Assembly (NCBI GenBank): GCA_963667015.2
Contig: CAXXJJ010000001.1
Span: 448,001 to 512,000, forward strand
Source of the DNA: Desulfatiglandales bacterium
Lineage (GTDB): Bacteria; Desulfobacterota; DSM-4660; Desulfatiglandales; HGW-15
DNA length: 64,000 nt
Direction of reading: 5' to 3'
Shown: positions 31,049 to 41,971 of the stretch, in pieces
Position numbering within the stretch: the stretch's first letter is position 1
Layout of the letters: each line of letters begins with the position of its first letter
Made by a program: the position numbers and the translations under genes
Notes under the pieces: model-generated
What the model was told of the DNA's origin: nothing
The model's input: only the letters and a program-made list of their open reading frames with translations
The model's database searches: none

Positions 31049-32731
31049 GTGAGTACTAGAATTTTCATAAAAGGATTTTGTGGATTTGCCTTACTGGCGG
31101 CGATTATGGTCGTATCAATGTCAGTGTACGCGGCAACCGGGAATAGCAAATCTACACACCCAAACATCCTGCTGATCATCGGTGATGATATAGGAATAGA
31201 TATGTCATCTGATATGTATCCGGGCCTGATTGAAAGTTTGAGTAAGCAATATGGCCCTGATGGACATAATCATCCGAAATATAAAGATATCGATGGTCAC
31301 CCTTCGTCCACCCCTGTCCTCGACAAACTTGCAAAAGGGGGGATGAGGTTTTCTCAGGCATGGGCTCAACCGTTTTGTTCACCCACGCGTACATCCCTAA
31401 TCACGGGACTCTATTCTGCCAAGACCGGAGTACTGGATTATTATGGGTCTTTGTCTAAAAAGCATCATTCATTTGTCAATGATCTGAAGGAAAAGGGTGG
31501 TTACAGCACAGCGGTTTTCGGCAAATGGCATATAGCAGGACTGGGTAATTTCAACGGTATGATGCCCAAGGAAGCCGGTTTTGATCTATATAAGGGTAAC
31601 CTTAGCGGCGGTGTCAGGACGTACTGGGATTATGACTACCATATTCAGGATGCAGATACCCCTCCAGGCGAGTACCGCACGGAAAAACCGCCTGAGGTTT
31701 CACTCCCCGGTATTGCGCCAACTACCTTTGCACCGGTCGTGAAAACCTACAACACCATTAACTGGATCAAGGAACAGGAAGAGAAGAATCCTGACAAACC
31801 ATGGTTTGCCTATCTGGCCTTTAACCTGTCCCATATCACCGGACAGATGCGACCGAGTGCCATGGTTATTCCGAATAAAGAAACTTTAGACGAGAAAACT
31901 CTCAAAGAAGTGGAAGGATGCATGGGGCCTGACGGTCAATTCGGATCAGCGAATGTAGGTTCCTGTTCCGATGGCGCCCTAATGAGGGCAATGACCAACA
32001 CACTGGACACCATGGTAGGCAAGGTAATTGAAACAGTTGACAAGCTGGACCCCAATACTTACATAATTTATCTCGGTGATAACGGCACATGGGTGTTCAT
32101 GGGGATGAACTTTATAGACAATATGTACATCACCAAAGAGGGGCGAAGCAAAGGTACTGCCTATGAAAGCGGTGTCCGGGTCTCCATGGCAATTAGAGGC
32201 CCCGGTATCAAGGCAGGCTCAAAAAGCGACGAATGGGTGTGCAGCACAGATCTGTTCTCCACAATACTTGAACTTGCGGGCCTTGAAGTTCCCAAAATGG
32301 TTCCCAACAAGGAAGGTAATGGTATGGTAGAAGTTGATGCTGTTTCACTTAAACCAATTCTTCTTGATGGCGCCAGGAATGTACGTGATCCTAATAAAGG
32401 CTATATGCTTGCTGAGACCATAAACCCTACCAAGGATAATCTGATGCACGTAGCAGCACGGAATGCAACCTATAAACTGGTTTGTTCAAACAGCGCCAAA
32501 ACAGAAAGTTGTGAATTTTACAACCTTGTTGATGATCCACTCGAAGAGTATCCTCTTGAAAAGCCTAGGAGCAATGAAAAGTTCAAGAACGGGACATGGA
32601 CACCCAAAGACCAGGAATGGCATTTCTGTCACCTGCAGGAGGTCATAGCCAAGAAATCATTCCTGGCAGATCCTCCCAAACCAAAAGCCAAACCCCGCAT
32701 GGGTATGCCTAAAAGAAAGATACAGCAATAA
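31049..32731 (+). CDS. Sulfatase (Cys/formylglycine type), paralog 1
   Basis: PNILLIIGDD, CSPTR, GKWH, GDNG; signal peptide. Confidence 0.9.
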   Translation: MSTRIFIKGFCGFALLAAIMVVSMSVYAATGNSKSTHPNILLIIGDDIGIDMSSDMYPGLIESLSKQYGPDGHNHPKYKDIDGHPSSTPVLDKLAKGGMRFSQAWAQPFCSPTRTSLITGLYSAKTGVLDYYGSLSKKHHSFVNDLKEKGGYSTAVFGKWHIAGLGNFNGMMPKEAGFDLYKGNLSGGVRTYWDYDYHIQDADTPPGEYRTEKPPEVSLPGIAPTTFAPVVKTYNTINWIKEQEEKNPDKPWFAYLAFNLSHITGQMRPSAMVIPNKETLDEKTLKEVEGCMGPDGQFGSANVGSCSDGALMRAMTNTLDTMVGKVIETVDKLDPNTYIIYLGDNGTWVFMGMNFIDNMYITKEGRSKGTAYESGVRVSMAIRGPGIKAGSKSDEWVCSTDLFSTILELAGLEVPKMVPNKEGNGMVEVDAVSLKPILLDGARNVRDPNKGYMLAETINPTKDNLMHVAARNATYKLVCSNSAKTESCEFYNLVDDPLEEYPLEKPRSNEKFKNGTWTPKDQEWHFCHLQEVIAKKSFLADPPKPKAKPRMGMPKRKIQQ

Positions 32732-32973
32732 ATAAAAAACAGGGGCAAACGATTCATGGTCGATTGCTCCTGTAAAACAGGATACTTTTTAATTATTCAA
32801 TAGCATCCGGAAACAATTAATATCAAGGCGGTGGAAGTATATCTTTTACCGCCTTACTTTTTTTCATCTGAAGTATGGGCTTAAAATCTTTAATTATAAT
32901 AGTAAAGGTATCGTGCAATATATTGAGAACTAAGTAGAATAAATTACACATATCGAGCATTGAACTCTATTCC

Positions 32974-33002
32974 TTGACACACGACTCTCCCCTGCATATA
33001 CT
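32974..33002 (+). promoter_or_regulatory. sigma70 promoter of sulfatase 2
   Basis: TTGACA-N17-TATACT; shares TCCTTGACACAC with the paralog promoter. Confidence 0.6.
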
Positions 33003-33120
33003 CATTTTTTAAGAAACATCTTATAGAAGATTTTTTTGAATGGCCGTTTTTTACGGCAGCCAGTTATTTATGAAGAAGGATTTTTAACAACAACTAACTG
33101 GGGGGAGAAGGGGTAAAATT

Positions 33121-34845
33121 GTGAGGAATAGAACCATTTTAAAAACATTGAGTGTATTTGCAATGCTGGTTCTGCTTTTGTTTGGAGCCGCCTGCAAGGA
33201 CAAGGTTAAGGAGGCAGATGTAAAAGAGTCAAATGCAAAAGAAGCAGAGGCTCCTGCCAAGCGTCCAAACATCCTGCTGATCATAGGTGATGACATCGGG
33301 ATAGACGTTACAACCAATATGTATCCGGGCATGATAGAAGATCTGACAAAGCAGTATGGCCCATCCGGGCATAATCACCCCCAATACAGAGAAATCGATG
33401 GCAGGCCTGCATCAACCCCTGTTCTCGATACTCTTGCAAAAGGGGGTATGAGATTTACCCATGCATGGGCACAGCCATTTTGTTCACCAACGCGAACATC
33501 GCTCCTTACCGGGCTTTTTTCCGCCAAGACAGGCGTGCTTGATTACATGGACTGGCTTTCCCAGAATCATCACTCCTTTGTTCAGGACCTGAAGGATAAA
33601 GGCGGTTACAGCACTGCAATATTCGGTAAATGGCATATAGCAGGCCTGGGGCAGTACCCAGGGATGAAGCCGAAGGAGGCTGGATTTGATCTTTTCCAGG
33701 GCAATATGCATGGTGGTGTTACCACATATTTTAAATGGGACTATCAAATCCAGGACGATACTTCTCCACCGGACCAGTTTCGTACCGAAGAGGCACCTGT
33801 AAGATCACTGCCCGGGATTGAGCCGACCACTTTTGCACCGGTAGTAAAAACTGCAGATGCTATTAAATGGATAACTGAACAGGAAACCGACAATCCCGAC
33901 AAGCCATGGTTTGCATGGTTTGCATTCAACCTGTCCCATATCACCGGGCAGCAGAATCCTAATCCCATGGTTATTCCGAATGCCGACACCATGAACGAAG
34001 TGGCGCGCAAAGAGATGGAAGAATGTATGGGGCCGGATGGTCAGTTCGGTTCTGCAAATGTAGGCTCCTGTTCTTCAGAGGCCCTAATGAGGGCGATGAC
34101 CAATACAATGGATACCATGATCGGCCGGCTGATCGAGACCGTAGACAAGCTTGATCCCAATACCTACATCATTTACCTGGGTGACAACGGAACATGGATG
34201 TTCGGTCCCAAGCGCGAGTTCATCGATAACATGTATATCACCAAGCAGGGACGCAGCAAGGGCACAGCCTATGAAAGCGGCGTTCGTGTCTCAATGGCGA
34301 TCCGGGGACCCGGTATAAAGGCTGACTCACAGAGTGATGAATGGATACATAATGTGGATCTGTTCCCTACCATCCTGAAACTGGCCGGTCTTGACGTTCC
34401 CAAAATGGTTCCCAACAGGGCAGGAGACAGTGTAGAGGTGGACGGCGTCTCATTAACACCCATACTCTTTGATGGAGCCAAAGGCCTGCGCGACCCGGAC
34501 AAAGGATATCTGCTTGCGGAAACAGTTAACCCTGTTAAAAACAACCTGATGGAAGTAGGGGCAAGGAACGCAACATACAAAGTCATCTGTGACAATAATG
34601 CTGAAACGGATAGTTGTGTGTTTTACAACCTGATTGATGACCCGATCGAAGAGTACCCACTGTCAAAGCCTGAAAGCTGTGATAATTATAAGAACGGGAC
34701 CTGGACCCCGAAGGATCCGGAGTGGAACTTCTGTTACCTGCAGGAGACAATAGCCCAGAAATCATTCCTGGTGAATCCTGAGAAAATTAAGGCTACCCCG
34801 TTCACGAGGATGGGACCGGCTCCTAAACCGCAACCAAAACAATAA
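33121..34845 (+). CDS. Sulfatase, paralog 2 (probable lipoprotein)
   Basis: Same motifs as paralog 1; lipobox-like FGAAC. Confidence 0.9.
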   Translation: MRNRTILKTLSVFAMLVLLLFGAACKDKVKEADVKESNAKEAEAPAKRPNILLIIGDDIGIDVTTNMYPGMIEDLTKQYGPSGHNHPQYREIDGRPASTPVLDTLAKGGMRFTHAWAQPFCSPTRTSLLTGLFSAKTGVLDYMDWLSQNHHSFVQDLKDKGGYSTAIFGKWHIAGLGQYPGMKPKEAGFDLFQGNMHGGVTTYFKWDYQIQDDTSPPDQFRTEEAPVRSLPGIEPTTFAPVVKTADAIKWITEQETDNPDKPWFAWFAFNLSHITGQQNPNPMVIPNADTMNEVARKEMEECMGPDGQFGSANVGSCSSEALMRAMTNTMDTMIGRLIETVDKLDPNTYIIYLGDNGTWMFGPKREFIDNMYITKQGRSKGTAYESGVRVSMAIRGPGIKADSQSDEWIHNVDLFPTILKLAGLDVPKMVPNRAGDSVEVDGVSLTPILFDGAKGLRDPDKGYLLAETVNPVKNNLMEVGARNATYKVICDNNAETDSCVFYNLIDDPIEEYPLSKPESCDNYKNGTWTPKDPEWNFCYLQETIAQKSFLVNPEKIKATPFTRMGPAPKPQPKQ

Positions 34846-34869
34846 AAATAATCCTTTTAATATAAATGC

Positions 34870-34905
34870 AGGGGCAGCCGAATCAAATCGGCTGCCTCTT
34901 TTTTA
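34870..34905 (+). terminator. Intrinsic terminator
   Basis: GGCAGCCGA...TCGGCTGCC followed by a T run. Confidence 0.75.
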
Positions 34906-35002
34906 TTTATCTCCCATCCACAGGGAAAAAGCCCTGAGATTTTATTGAATAGTCAACCTTTTTGGCTTAAAGTATCTCCATGATTTTGAAAAGGAGAGTC
35001 AT

Positions 35003-35176
35003 ATGAAAAAAGATATGGGGACTGATTCCTCGGGGGAGGACAGAGATAAAATCCCGGACCTGGAGTTAGAGTCAATAGATGATATTATTGAGAGACTTGA
35101 GAGTCTTTCATATGAAGGCCGCCGTCATATTATTGCCTACCTGAAGGCGAAGATGGCAAAGAATAAAAAAGAATAA
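35003..35176 (+). CDS. Small hypothetical protein (57 aa; absent from the ORF track)
   Basis: AGGAG RBS; MKKDMGTDSSGEDRDKIPDLELESIDDIIERLESLSYEGRRHIIAYLKAKMAKNKKE. Confidence 0.5.
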   Translation: MKKDMGTDSSGEDRDKIPDLELESIDDIIERLESLSYEGRRHIIAYLKAKMAKNKKE

Positions 35177-35182
35177 TGATTT

Positions 35183-35992
35183 CTAGGAGCTGGTATCAAC
35201 CCTTATTCTGTCTCTTATATCTGATTCTGTAATAGCATACAGCATATCAAGAAAACGCATCTGAAAACTTCCCGGCCCCTTGACTCCTTCTCCTGCAAGC
35301 TCTCCTGTAATCCCCATAACAGCCATTGCATGAGCCGTTGCAGCCAGGGCGGAAGAATTAACCGCAAGAAATGCCCCGCAGAGTGCGGAGGCAGTACAGC
35401 CCAGACCAGTCACACGGGGCATCAGGGGGTGCCCGTTATGACATGTTATCAGGTTAACCCCCTGCACAATGAGGTCTTCTTTCCCGCTTATGCACACCAC
35501 ACATCCGTGGTCTTCTGAAAGCTGCCGGGCCGCTTCCAGGGCCGACTCTGAAGATGCGGTACTGTCAACGCCCTTTGTTCGTGATTCCGCGCCTGCCACG
35601 GCAAGAATCTCAGAGGCGTTACCTCTTATAACGGTTGGATCCGCGATATCCAGAAGAGCTGTCAGCGTCTTTGTCCGATATGGTGTTGCCCCTGCACCTA
35701 CCGGGTCGATTACTATGGGTACGCCAAGCTCCTTTGCCCTTTTTAATGCCTTTTCCATTGCTTCAATCCAGGGATCGCTTAAGGTCCCGATATTTACTAC
35801 CAGTGCCCCTGCAAGCGAAACCATATCAGCAACCTCCTCCCGGGCATGGGCCATAACCGGTGACGCTCCAAGTGAAAGAAGCGCGTTGGCGGTGTTGTTC
35901 ATTACCACATAATTGGTGATATTGTGAATTAGCGGGGCCTTTTCCCGGATCGCCAGTATATCCGACCATATTGTCTGTTCATTTATTTCCAT
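35183..35992 (-). CDS. thiM: Hydroxyethylthiazole kinase
   Basis: [39 protein letters not shown]. Confidence 0.95.
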   Translation of the reverse strand: MEINEQTIWSDILAIREKAPLIHNITNYVVMNNTANALLSLGASPVMAHAREEVADMVSLAGALVVNIGTLSDPWIEAMEKALKRAKELGVPIVIDPVGAGATPYRTKTLTALLDIADPTVIRGNASEILAVAGAESRTKGVDSTASSESALEAARQLSEDHGCVVCISGKEDLIVQGVNLITCHNGHPLMPRVTGLGCTASALCGAFLAVNSSALAATAHAMAVMGITGELAGEGVKGPGSFQMRFLDMLYAITESDIRDRIRVDTSS

Positions 35993-36240
35993 TTTCTGTT
36001 CCCTTTTTTATGTAACTATATCCCTGAAGCCTTTTTAAATCAAGGTGTTCCAGCCGTGCATTTTATTGTCAGCGTATGTTGTTGAGTCAGTTATCCGGCT
36101 GGTGCTTCCTCCTTATCATGGTGAAGATAGTGAATTGCTTTTAATATAAGGATCTGAAATAATCCGTGGCAAGTAAATAACATCCTGGTCACAGGATATC
36201 CGGTGTCATGCTCAGATAAATTATATCCAAGGAAATTCCA

Positions 36241-37035
36241 ATGTTTAACTGGTTTCGTAACCGCCGCAGAAAAAAACTTACACAGGCCCCTTTCCCTTCC
36301 GCATGGGAAGAGATCCTTTATCGTAATGTCGCCCACTACTGTATGCTAGATGATTCCGAGCGCGCAAAGCTGCATGCACTTATCCAGGTGTTTATTGCCG
36401 AGAAATACTGGGAAGGAGCCGGCGGGCTGGAGCCTGACGACGAGATTCGCGTCACAATCTCTGCCCAGGCCTGCATGCTTCTCCTGGGTATACCTCATAA
36501 CTATTACCGGAATGTAATGTCCATCATCATCTATCCCTCTACAGTGATCCCTCCAAAACGCAGGCAGGGTTTTTTTGAAAATTCAATGAAACCGGAGAAT
36601 ATTGAGCAGCCTATTCTCGGGCAGGCGGTAATGCAGGGCCCGGTGATAATTATATGGGATGCGGCCCTGCATGGAAGCCGTCATCCTGAGCTGGGGCACA
36701 ATGTCATATATCATGAATTTGCACATAAGCTGGACATGCTCGATGGCGCTCCAGACGGAACCCCGCCCTTACGGGACAGGGATGAATACCGCGACTGGAT
36801 TGCTGTATGTACAAGGGAATTTAAGCGTCTCAGACAGGATGCCGCAAAGGGGCGAAGATCATTTCTCAATCTGTATGGCGCAACAAACGAGGCGGAGTTT
36901 TTTGCGGTTGCCACAGAACAGTTTTTTGATCAGCCGCTGTTGATGGTTGACCAGTCACCGGATCTCTATCGTGTTTTACAGGAATACTACCACCAGGATC
37001 CGGCAGAACGGGTAAACAGGAAAAGCTGCAATTAA
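36241..37035 (+). CDS. MtfA / peptidase M90 family zinc peptidase
   Basis: NVIYHEFAHKLD, YGATNEAEFFAVATE. Confidence 0.9.
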   Translation: MFNWFRNRRRKKLTQAPFPSAWEEILYRNVAHYCMLDDSERAKLHALIQVFIAEKYWEGAGGLEPDDEIRVTISAQACMLLLGIPHNYYRNVMSIIIYPSTVIPPKRRQGFFENSMKPENIEQPILGQAVMQGPVIIIWDAALHGSRHPELGHNVIYHEFAHKLDMLDGAPDGTPPLRDRDEYRDWIAVCTREFKRLRQDAAKGRRSFLNLYGATNEAEFFAVATEQFFDQPLLMVDQSPDLYRVLQEYYHQDPAERVNRKSCN

Positions 37036-37344
37036 CAGTGATCAACAGGTAATTGCAAATAAAAATAGACAGTAAATAGTAGAGAAGAGCTCTTCTCCCT
37101 TCAGCAATAAATATTGACTTAGAAAACCTCTTGAAATAACCTGCTTTTTTGTAATGTGATAAAAGATGTAATAAAAGCTACCCGCCATGTCCATGCATCG
37201 GGTAGCTTCATTATTAAAAGATTATCAATCTGTCTTTTCGATCAACGGGCAGCTCAATAAGATTTCTCAGCTATTGATTCGAAATGACATTGCAAAACAT
37301 CATGCGCTGGAATGACGAAAAAAGCATAGAATCACTGATCAGCA

Positions 37345-39672
37345 ATGAAAATGAAAACTTTTCTTAAACGACGGGTAATACTATGGAGCCTTATTTCATG
37401 CTCAATAGTCCTGCTGGCAGCAATAATTTCAGTTGCCCTGTACATGACTTCCCTTTCCAAAGAGATTGACCGACGCTTCAGCAGCCGCCCCTGGGACATC
37501 CCTTCCAGGGTATATTCCGATACAACCCTTTTATATGAAGGCCAGAAAATCAATTTTGATCTTCTTGTTAAAAAACTGGGCAGGCTGGGATACAGAAATT
37601 CGGATCGTGTGCCCGATAAGCAGGGGGAGATGTCTGTTTCACCTGACACCATTTCTGTCTACCTCCATGATTTCCATACTCCGACCTATAACCAGGAAAG
37701 CAGACCGGTTATTATTAAGGTCAAAAACGGGCAGATATCCGGTATTAAAGATATGAAGGCAAATGCTCCTGTAGCCCTTCTGGAGCTGGAACCCGAGGAG
37801 CTGATGCTCTATTTCGGTCCAAAATGGGAGCGCCGCCAGTTTCTTGCCATTCGAACATTACCGCCGCATGTGGTCCATGCAATCCTGGCGGCAGAAGATC
37901 ACGACTATTACAAACATCAGGGGATTTCTTTCAGGGGTATACTCAGGGCATTTATCCAGAATATCCGGGCGGGCAGGATCAGCCAGGGGGCATCCACAAT
38001 TACCCAGCAGGTTGCAAGGATGTTTTTCCTGACCCAGGAGGTGTCATTTCGCCGGAAAATCAAGGAGCAGATGATAGCCGTAGTGCTGGAACTAAAATTC
38101 TCCAAGGCGGATATCCTTGAAATTTTTATCAACGAAACCAACTGGGGGCAGCAGGGATCAGCGGCAATTGTCGGTCTGGCTGAGGCGGCCCGGTTTTATT
38201 TTGACAAAAAGGCGGCTGATCTCTCTGTGGCCGAGGCTGCAGCCCTTGGCGTGATTATTCGTAATGCATCATATTACTCCCCCTACCGGCATCCTGATAA
38301 ACTTATGGAAAGACGGAACCAGGTTTTATCAATTATGCATAAGGAAGGGTGGCTGGATGATACAGGTCTTGCCGATGCCGTTGCAGCACCCCTGGGTGCG
38401 GTTGAGTATACAACCCGTTCACGGCATGCAAGATATTTTACTGACTATCTGACCGGTCAGCTCTCCGAACTGTATCCCCGGGACACGCTCACCGGCGAAG
38501 GGCTTTCCATCTTCACAACAATCGACACCCAGGTTCAGCAGGCTGCAGAAGAGGCGCTTGTCAGGGGGCTGGCAAGACTCGAGTCCGCAGACAGGAGACT
38601 CAAGAGGAAAGACCCCGGTGAGAGCCTTCAGGGGGCGGTTGTGGTTATGCAGCCTAAAACCGGCTATATTCTTGCCATGGCAGGGGGCCGTAATTACGGA
38701 ATAAGCCAGTTTAACCGGGCCACTGATGCAATGCGACAGCCGGGAAGCGCCTTCAAACCCTTTGTATATTTATCTGCCCTGGACAGGTTGACACCTGTAT
38801 CCAGGCTTTCCAACTCTCCCCAGACATACATAATTGACGGAAAAGAATGGATACCAAAAAATTATGAGGAAGATGCCCCGGCAGAACTCACCCTCCGGGA
38901 GGCCCTTGCCTATTCACAAAATGTTGCCACTGTAAACCTGGCATTTGCCGACGGTTTTACATGGAGCCCGGATATTACTTCCATCAACCTCTCGTTCGTG
39001 ATGGGGTTAAAGCGACTGCAGAATGTTACAGAGTCCTTTCACCTGCCCACTGCAGAAAATCCCTATCCCTCAATGGTGCTGGGAGCCCAGGAGCTGACTC
39101 CGCTCATGCTGGCCAGGGCCTATTGTGCCTTTGCCGCAGACGGTGTTTTGCCATATCCGCTCTCTGTCAGCTCGGTTGTTGATGAAGGCGGTAATATACT
39201 GGAAAGAAGACATGCCCTTATAGAGCGGGTAATCAGCCCGGCCAAGGCCTATCTTATGAGTGATCTTCTGCACAGTGTGGTGGAGTTAGGAACCGCGCGA
39301 TCCCTGAAAAACTATGGAGTTGACTGGCCTGCGGCCGGTAAAACAGGCACAACCAACGGGACGCGGGATGCATGGTTTGTAGGATATACTCCTAATATTC
39401 TGGCCGTAGTATGGGTCGGGTTTGATAATAATGATCCGGTCTATTTTACAGGCGGCCGGGCCGCCCTGCCTATCTGGGCCGAGATGATGAAGGCGCTGCC
39501 GCAGTATGTGTCCGGAGAATGGTTTGTTATGCCGGCCGGAATAGAAAAACACACTGTATGTAAAGAAAGTGGTATGCTTGCAGGTGCATGCTGCCCGGAA
39601 CCCATAGAAGAAATTTTTTTAAGTGAGACCTCTCCAAAGGAAATATGCAGCCAGCATGAGTGTCAGGATTAA
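37345..39672 (+). CDS. mrcB: Class A penicillin-binding protein 1B
   Basis: AEDH..Y.H.G and GASTITQQ (transglycosylase); QPGSAFK, S.N, GKTGT (transpeptidase); UB2H-like insert. Confidence 0.85.
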   Translation: MKMKTFLKRRVILWSLISCSIVLLAAIISVALYMTSLSKEIDRRFSSRPWDIPSRVYSDTTLLYEGQKINFDLLVKKLGRLGYRNSDRVPDKQGEMSVSPDTISVYLHDFHTPTYNQESRPVIIKVKNGQISGIKDMKANAPVALLELEPEELMLYFGPKWERRQFLAIRTLPPHVVHAILAAEDHDYYKHQGISFRGILRAFIQNIRAGRISQGASTITQQVARMFFLTQEVSFRRKIKEQMIAVVLELKFSKADILEIFINETNWGQQGSAAIVGLAEAARFYFDKKAADLSVAEAAALGVIIRNASYYSPYRHPDKLMERRNQVLSIMHKEGWLDDTGLADAVAAPLGAVEYTTRSRHARYFTDYLTGQLSELYPRDTLTGEGLSIFTTIDTQVQQAAEEALVRGLARLESADRRLKRKDPGESLQGAVVVMQPKTGYILAMAGGRNYGISQFNRATDAMRQPGSAFKPFVYLSALDRLTPVSRLSNSPQTYIIDGKEWIPKNYEEDAPAELTLREALAYSQNVATVNLAFADGFTWSPDITSINLSFVMGLKRLQNVTESFHLPTAENPYPSMVLGAQELTPLMLARAYCAFAADGVLPYPLSVSSVVDEGGNILERRHALIERVISPAKAYLMSDLLHSVVELGTARSLKNYGVDWPAAGKTGTTNGTRDAWFVGYTPNILAVVWVGFDNNDPVYFTGGRAALPIWAEMMKALPQYVSGEWFVMPAGIEKHTVCKESGMLAGACCPEPIEEIFLSETSPKEICSQHECQD

Positions 39673-39697
39673 AAATATATTGAAAGGAATAACTGCA

Positions 39698-40159
39698 TTG
39701 CAAAAGTATGTAATAAAAATATTAATACCCTGTATATTTATAATCCTTGCAGGTTGTGCAGGCAGGCAGCCTGTCAGAATACCACCTGATGACGTGTCTG
39801 AGCCCGAATCTCCATCTCCCCTTATCCGGGATGAAGGCGAGACATCCTATCCGCCGGAGCCCGAAGAACCTGTACGCCGGCCGACTCCAAGGGATCAGGC
39901 CAGCCTGAATTTAATGGATAAGGCCATGGTGTTTCTTGATGAGAACAGACCGGATGAATCAATCCGGACCCTGGAAAAGGCTGTAACCATCTCGCCCGGA
40001 AGAGGAGAAAATTACTATTATCTTGCAGAGGCCTGGTTAATGAAGGGAAATTATTCCCAGGCAAAGGAATATAATTCTCTGGCGGCCATTTATCTGAAGG
40101 ATGATGCCCGATGGATGGACCGGGTTGAAGAACAGAAAATACGTATTGAGGAGGAGTGA
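39698..40159 (+). CDS. TPR lipoprotein (LpoP-like PBP1B partner)
   Basis: Lipobox LAGC, Pro-rich linker, TPRs, directly downstream of PBP1B. Confidence 0.65.
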   Translation: MQKYVIKILIPCIFIILAGCAGRQPVRIPPDDVSEPESPSPLIRDEGETSYPPEPEEPVRRPTPRDQASLNLMDKAMVFLDENRPDESIRTLEKAVTISPGRGENYYYLAEAWLMKGNYSQAKEYNSLAAIYLKDDARWMDRVEEQKIRIEEE

Positions 40160-40162
40160 TAC

Positions 40163-40280
40163 ATGAAAAAATCATTTGGAGCAAAAACACTAATCTTTCC
40201 TGCACCCGTATGGTGCGTGGGTACCTATGATGCCGGAGATGTGCCCAACATAATGACCATCGCCTGGGGAGGCATATGGT
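40163..40280 (+). pseudogene. Truncated flavin reductase/flavoredoxin
   Basis: [23 protein letters not shown]...[11 protein letters not shown], after which similarity is lost. Confidence 0.65.
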
Positions 40281-40507
40281 ATTGGAAAGGGTCTGATGAA
40301 GTAATATTTATATGCATTAATTCTGTGTCTTTTCAATAATGCAAAAAACAATGTCAATTGATTTCTCTCTGTCAATGGACCCATGTGATTTTAGGGCTCT
40401 CTTTTAAAAATTATTTTAAGTTTTGCGTCTGAATTTTTAGTGTGGCAAGCTTATTTTCTGCTCATATTATCTTAAGAAAAAGCAAAGAAAATTCAGATAT
40501 TAGTTAA

Positions 40508-41971
40508 TCACTCATCAATATAAACATTTTGAGTTTCCCTGTATTTTTTTAAACGGTGGCGCAGTGTATTTCTACTGATTCCAAGCATATCGGCTGCCCT
40601 TACCTGATTGTTTCCGCACTCTTCAAGGACCTTTAAAATGATTGTCTCTTCAACTGTTTCAACAATATTCGCGTGAATACCTTCCTTGAAAAGCTGAATT
40701 ATTTCCGGCATTATGCTTTCTATCTTGTCCCTTAAGCGGCTTATCACCCTCTCCCGGTTCAAGGTCTGGGCGTCATACTCCTTCTGTTTATCAAGGAAAT
40801 CTATATGGTCTGCGGTTATAATATTTCCGTTACATACAATAATTGCCCTGTGAAGACAGTTTTCCAGTTCTCTGATGTTACCTGGCCAGGAATATGATTT
40901 AAACTGATTTATAACCTCTTCATCCACACCGTGGATTGTCTTGTTATACTCTGCCCCGAACCTTTTTAAAAAGTAATCTACAAGCTCAGGCATATCTTCT
41001 GCTCTTCTTCTTAAGGGAGGAAGATCAATGGATATGACCTTAAGCCGCCAGTAAAGGTCTTCCCTGAACAGACCATCCCTGACTGCCAGGGAAAGGTCCT
41101 TATTGGTCGCGGCAATTATGCGCACATCAACCTTTACTGTCTTGACTCCTCCAAGTCTTTCAAGCTCTCCCTCCTGAAGTACACGTAAAAGTTTAGCCTG
41201 AAGGGGTATGGACATGTCGCCGATTTCATCCAGAAAACAGGTGCCGCCATTCGCCCTTTCAATCTTTCCTATTTTTGTATGGCGGGCTCCTGTAAATGCG
41301 CCGGGTTCATAGCCGAAAATCTCGCTTTCAAAAAGGTGTTCGGGTATTGCAGCACAATTAATAGCAAGGAAAGGCTTTTTATTACGCATACTGTGGTGGA
41401 AAATAGCCTTTGCCGCCAGTTCCTTTCCTGTACCGCTTTCACCGGTAAGGAGCACGGCCACATTTTTTTCTGCTATCTGGCCTATGGTTTTATAGACCTC
41501 CTGCATCGCCTTGCTTCTGCCCACCATTTTGAGGGTGTTTTTCGTAATTACGTCTTCTTCTGAAGCAACCGTGTCAGGAATCCATACAACTTCCTTCATC
41601 CGGCGGTTAAGTTCAAGTGCCTCGCTTACTATACGGCTCAGCTCTTTTCTCTCAAATGGTTTCCTAAGATAGTCATAGGCCCCGCGTTTCATGGCTTCAA
41701 TGGCGGTATCAGTGCTTCCGTATGCGGTCATTATAATGACAGGTGTTTTAACCTGCGCATTCTTGATTTCCGTTAATGTATCAAGTCCGTTAAGACCCGG
41801 CATCTTGTAATCCAGCAGGATCAGATCAAAGGTCTTTTCGTTGATTGTTCCGACAGCATCTTCGCCTGTCAGGCAGGTTGTTACTTCATACCCTTTCCTG
41901 CTGAAAAACCTGGTAAGAAAATGGTTCAGGCCTTCGTCATCATCAATCAGTAGGATTTTGTCTGTTTGCAT
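40508..41971 (-). CDS. sigma54-dependent response regulator (NtrC family)
   Basis: REC domain, GESGTGKE, GAFTGA, Fis-type HTH. Confidence 0.95.
   Translation of the reverse strand: MQTDKILLIDDDEGLNHFLTRFFSRKGYEVTTCLTGEDAVGTINEKTFDLILLDYKMPGLNGLDTLTEIKNAQVKTPVIIMTAYGSTDTAIEAMKRGAYDYLRKPFERKELSRIVSEALELNRRMKEVVWIPDTVASEEDVITKNTLKMVGRSKAMQEVYKTIGQIAEKNVAVLLTGESGTGKELAAKAIFHHSMRNKKPFLAINCAAIPEHLFESEIFGYEPGAFTGARHTKIGKIERANGGTCFLDEIGDMSIPLQAKLLRVLQEGELERLGGVKTVKVDVRIIAATNKDLSLAVRDGLFREDLYWRLKVISIDLPPLRRRAEDMPELVDYFLKRFGAEYNKTIHGVDEEVINQFKSYSWPGNIRELENCLHRAIIVCNGNIITADHIDFLDKQKEYDAQTLNRERVISRLRDKIESIMPEIIQLFKEGIHANIVETVEETIILKVLEECGNNQVRAADMLGISRNTLRHRLKKYRETQNVYIDE

Noticed and set aside
35993..36240. 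TPP riboswitch upstream of thiM
   Set aside because: No CTGAGA...CCTGA...GGGA pattern found by eye.
37176..37208. Hairpin AAGCTACCCG/CGGGTAGCTT upstream of PBP1B as an sRNA or riboswitch
   Set aside because: A single stem with no other support; could be a terminator.
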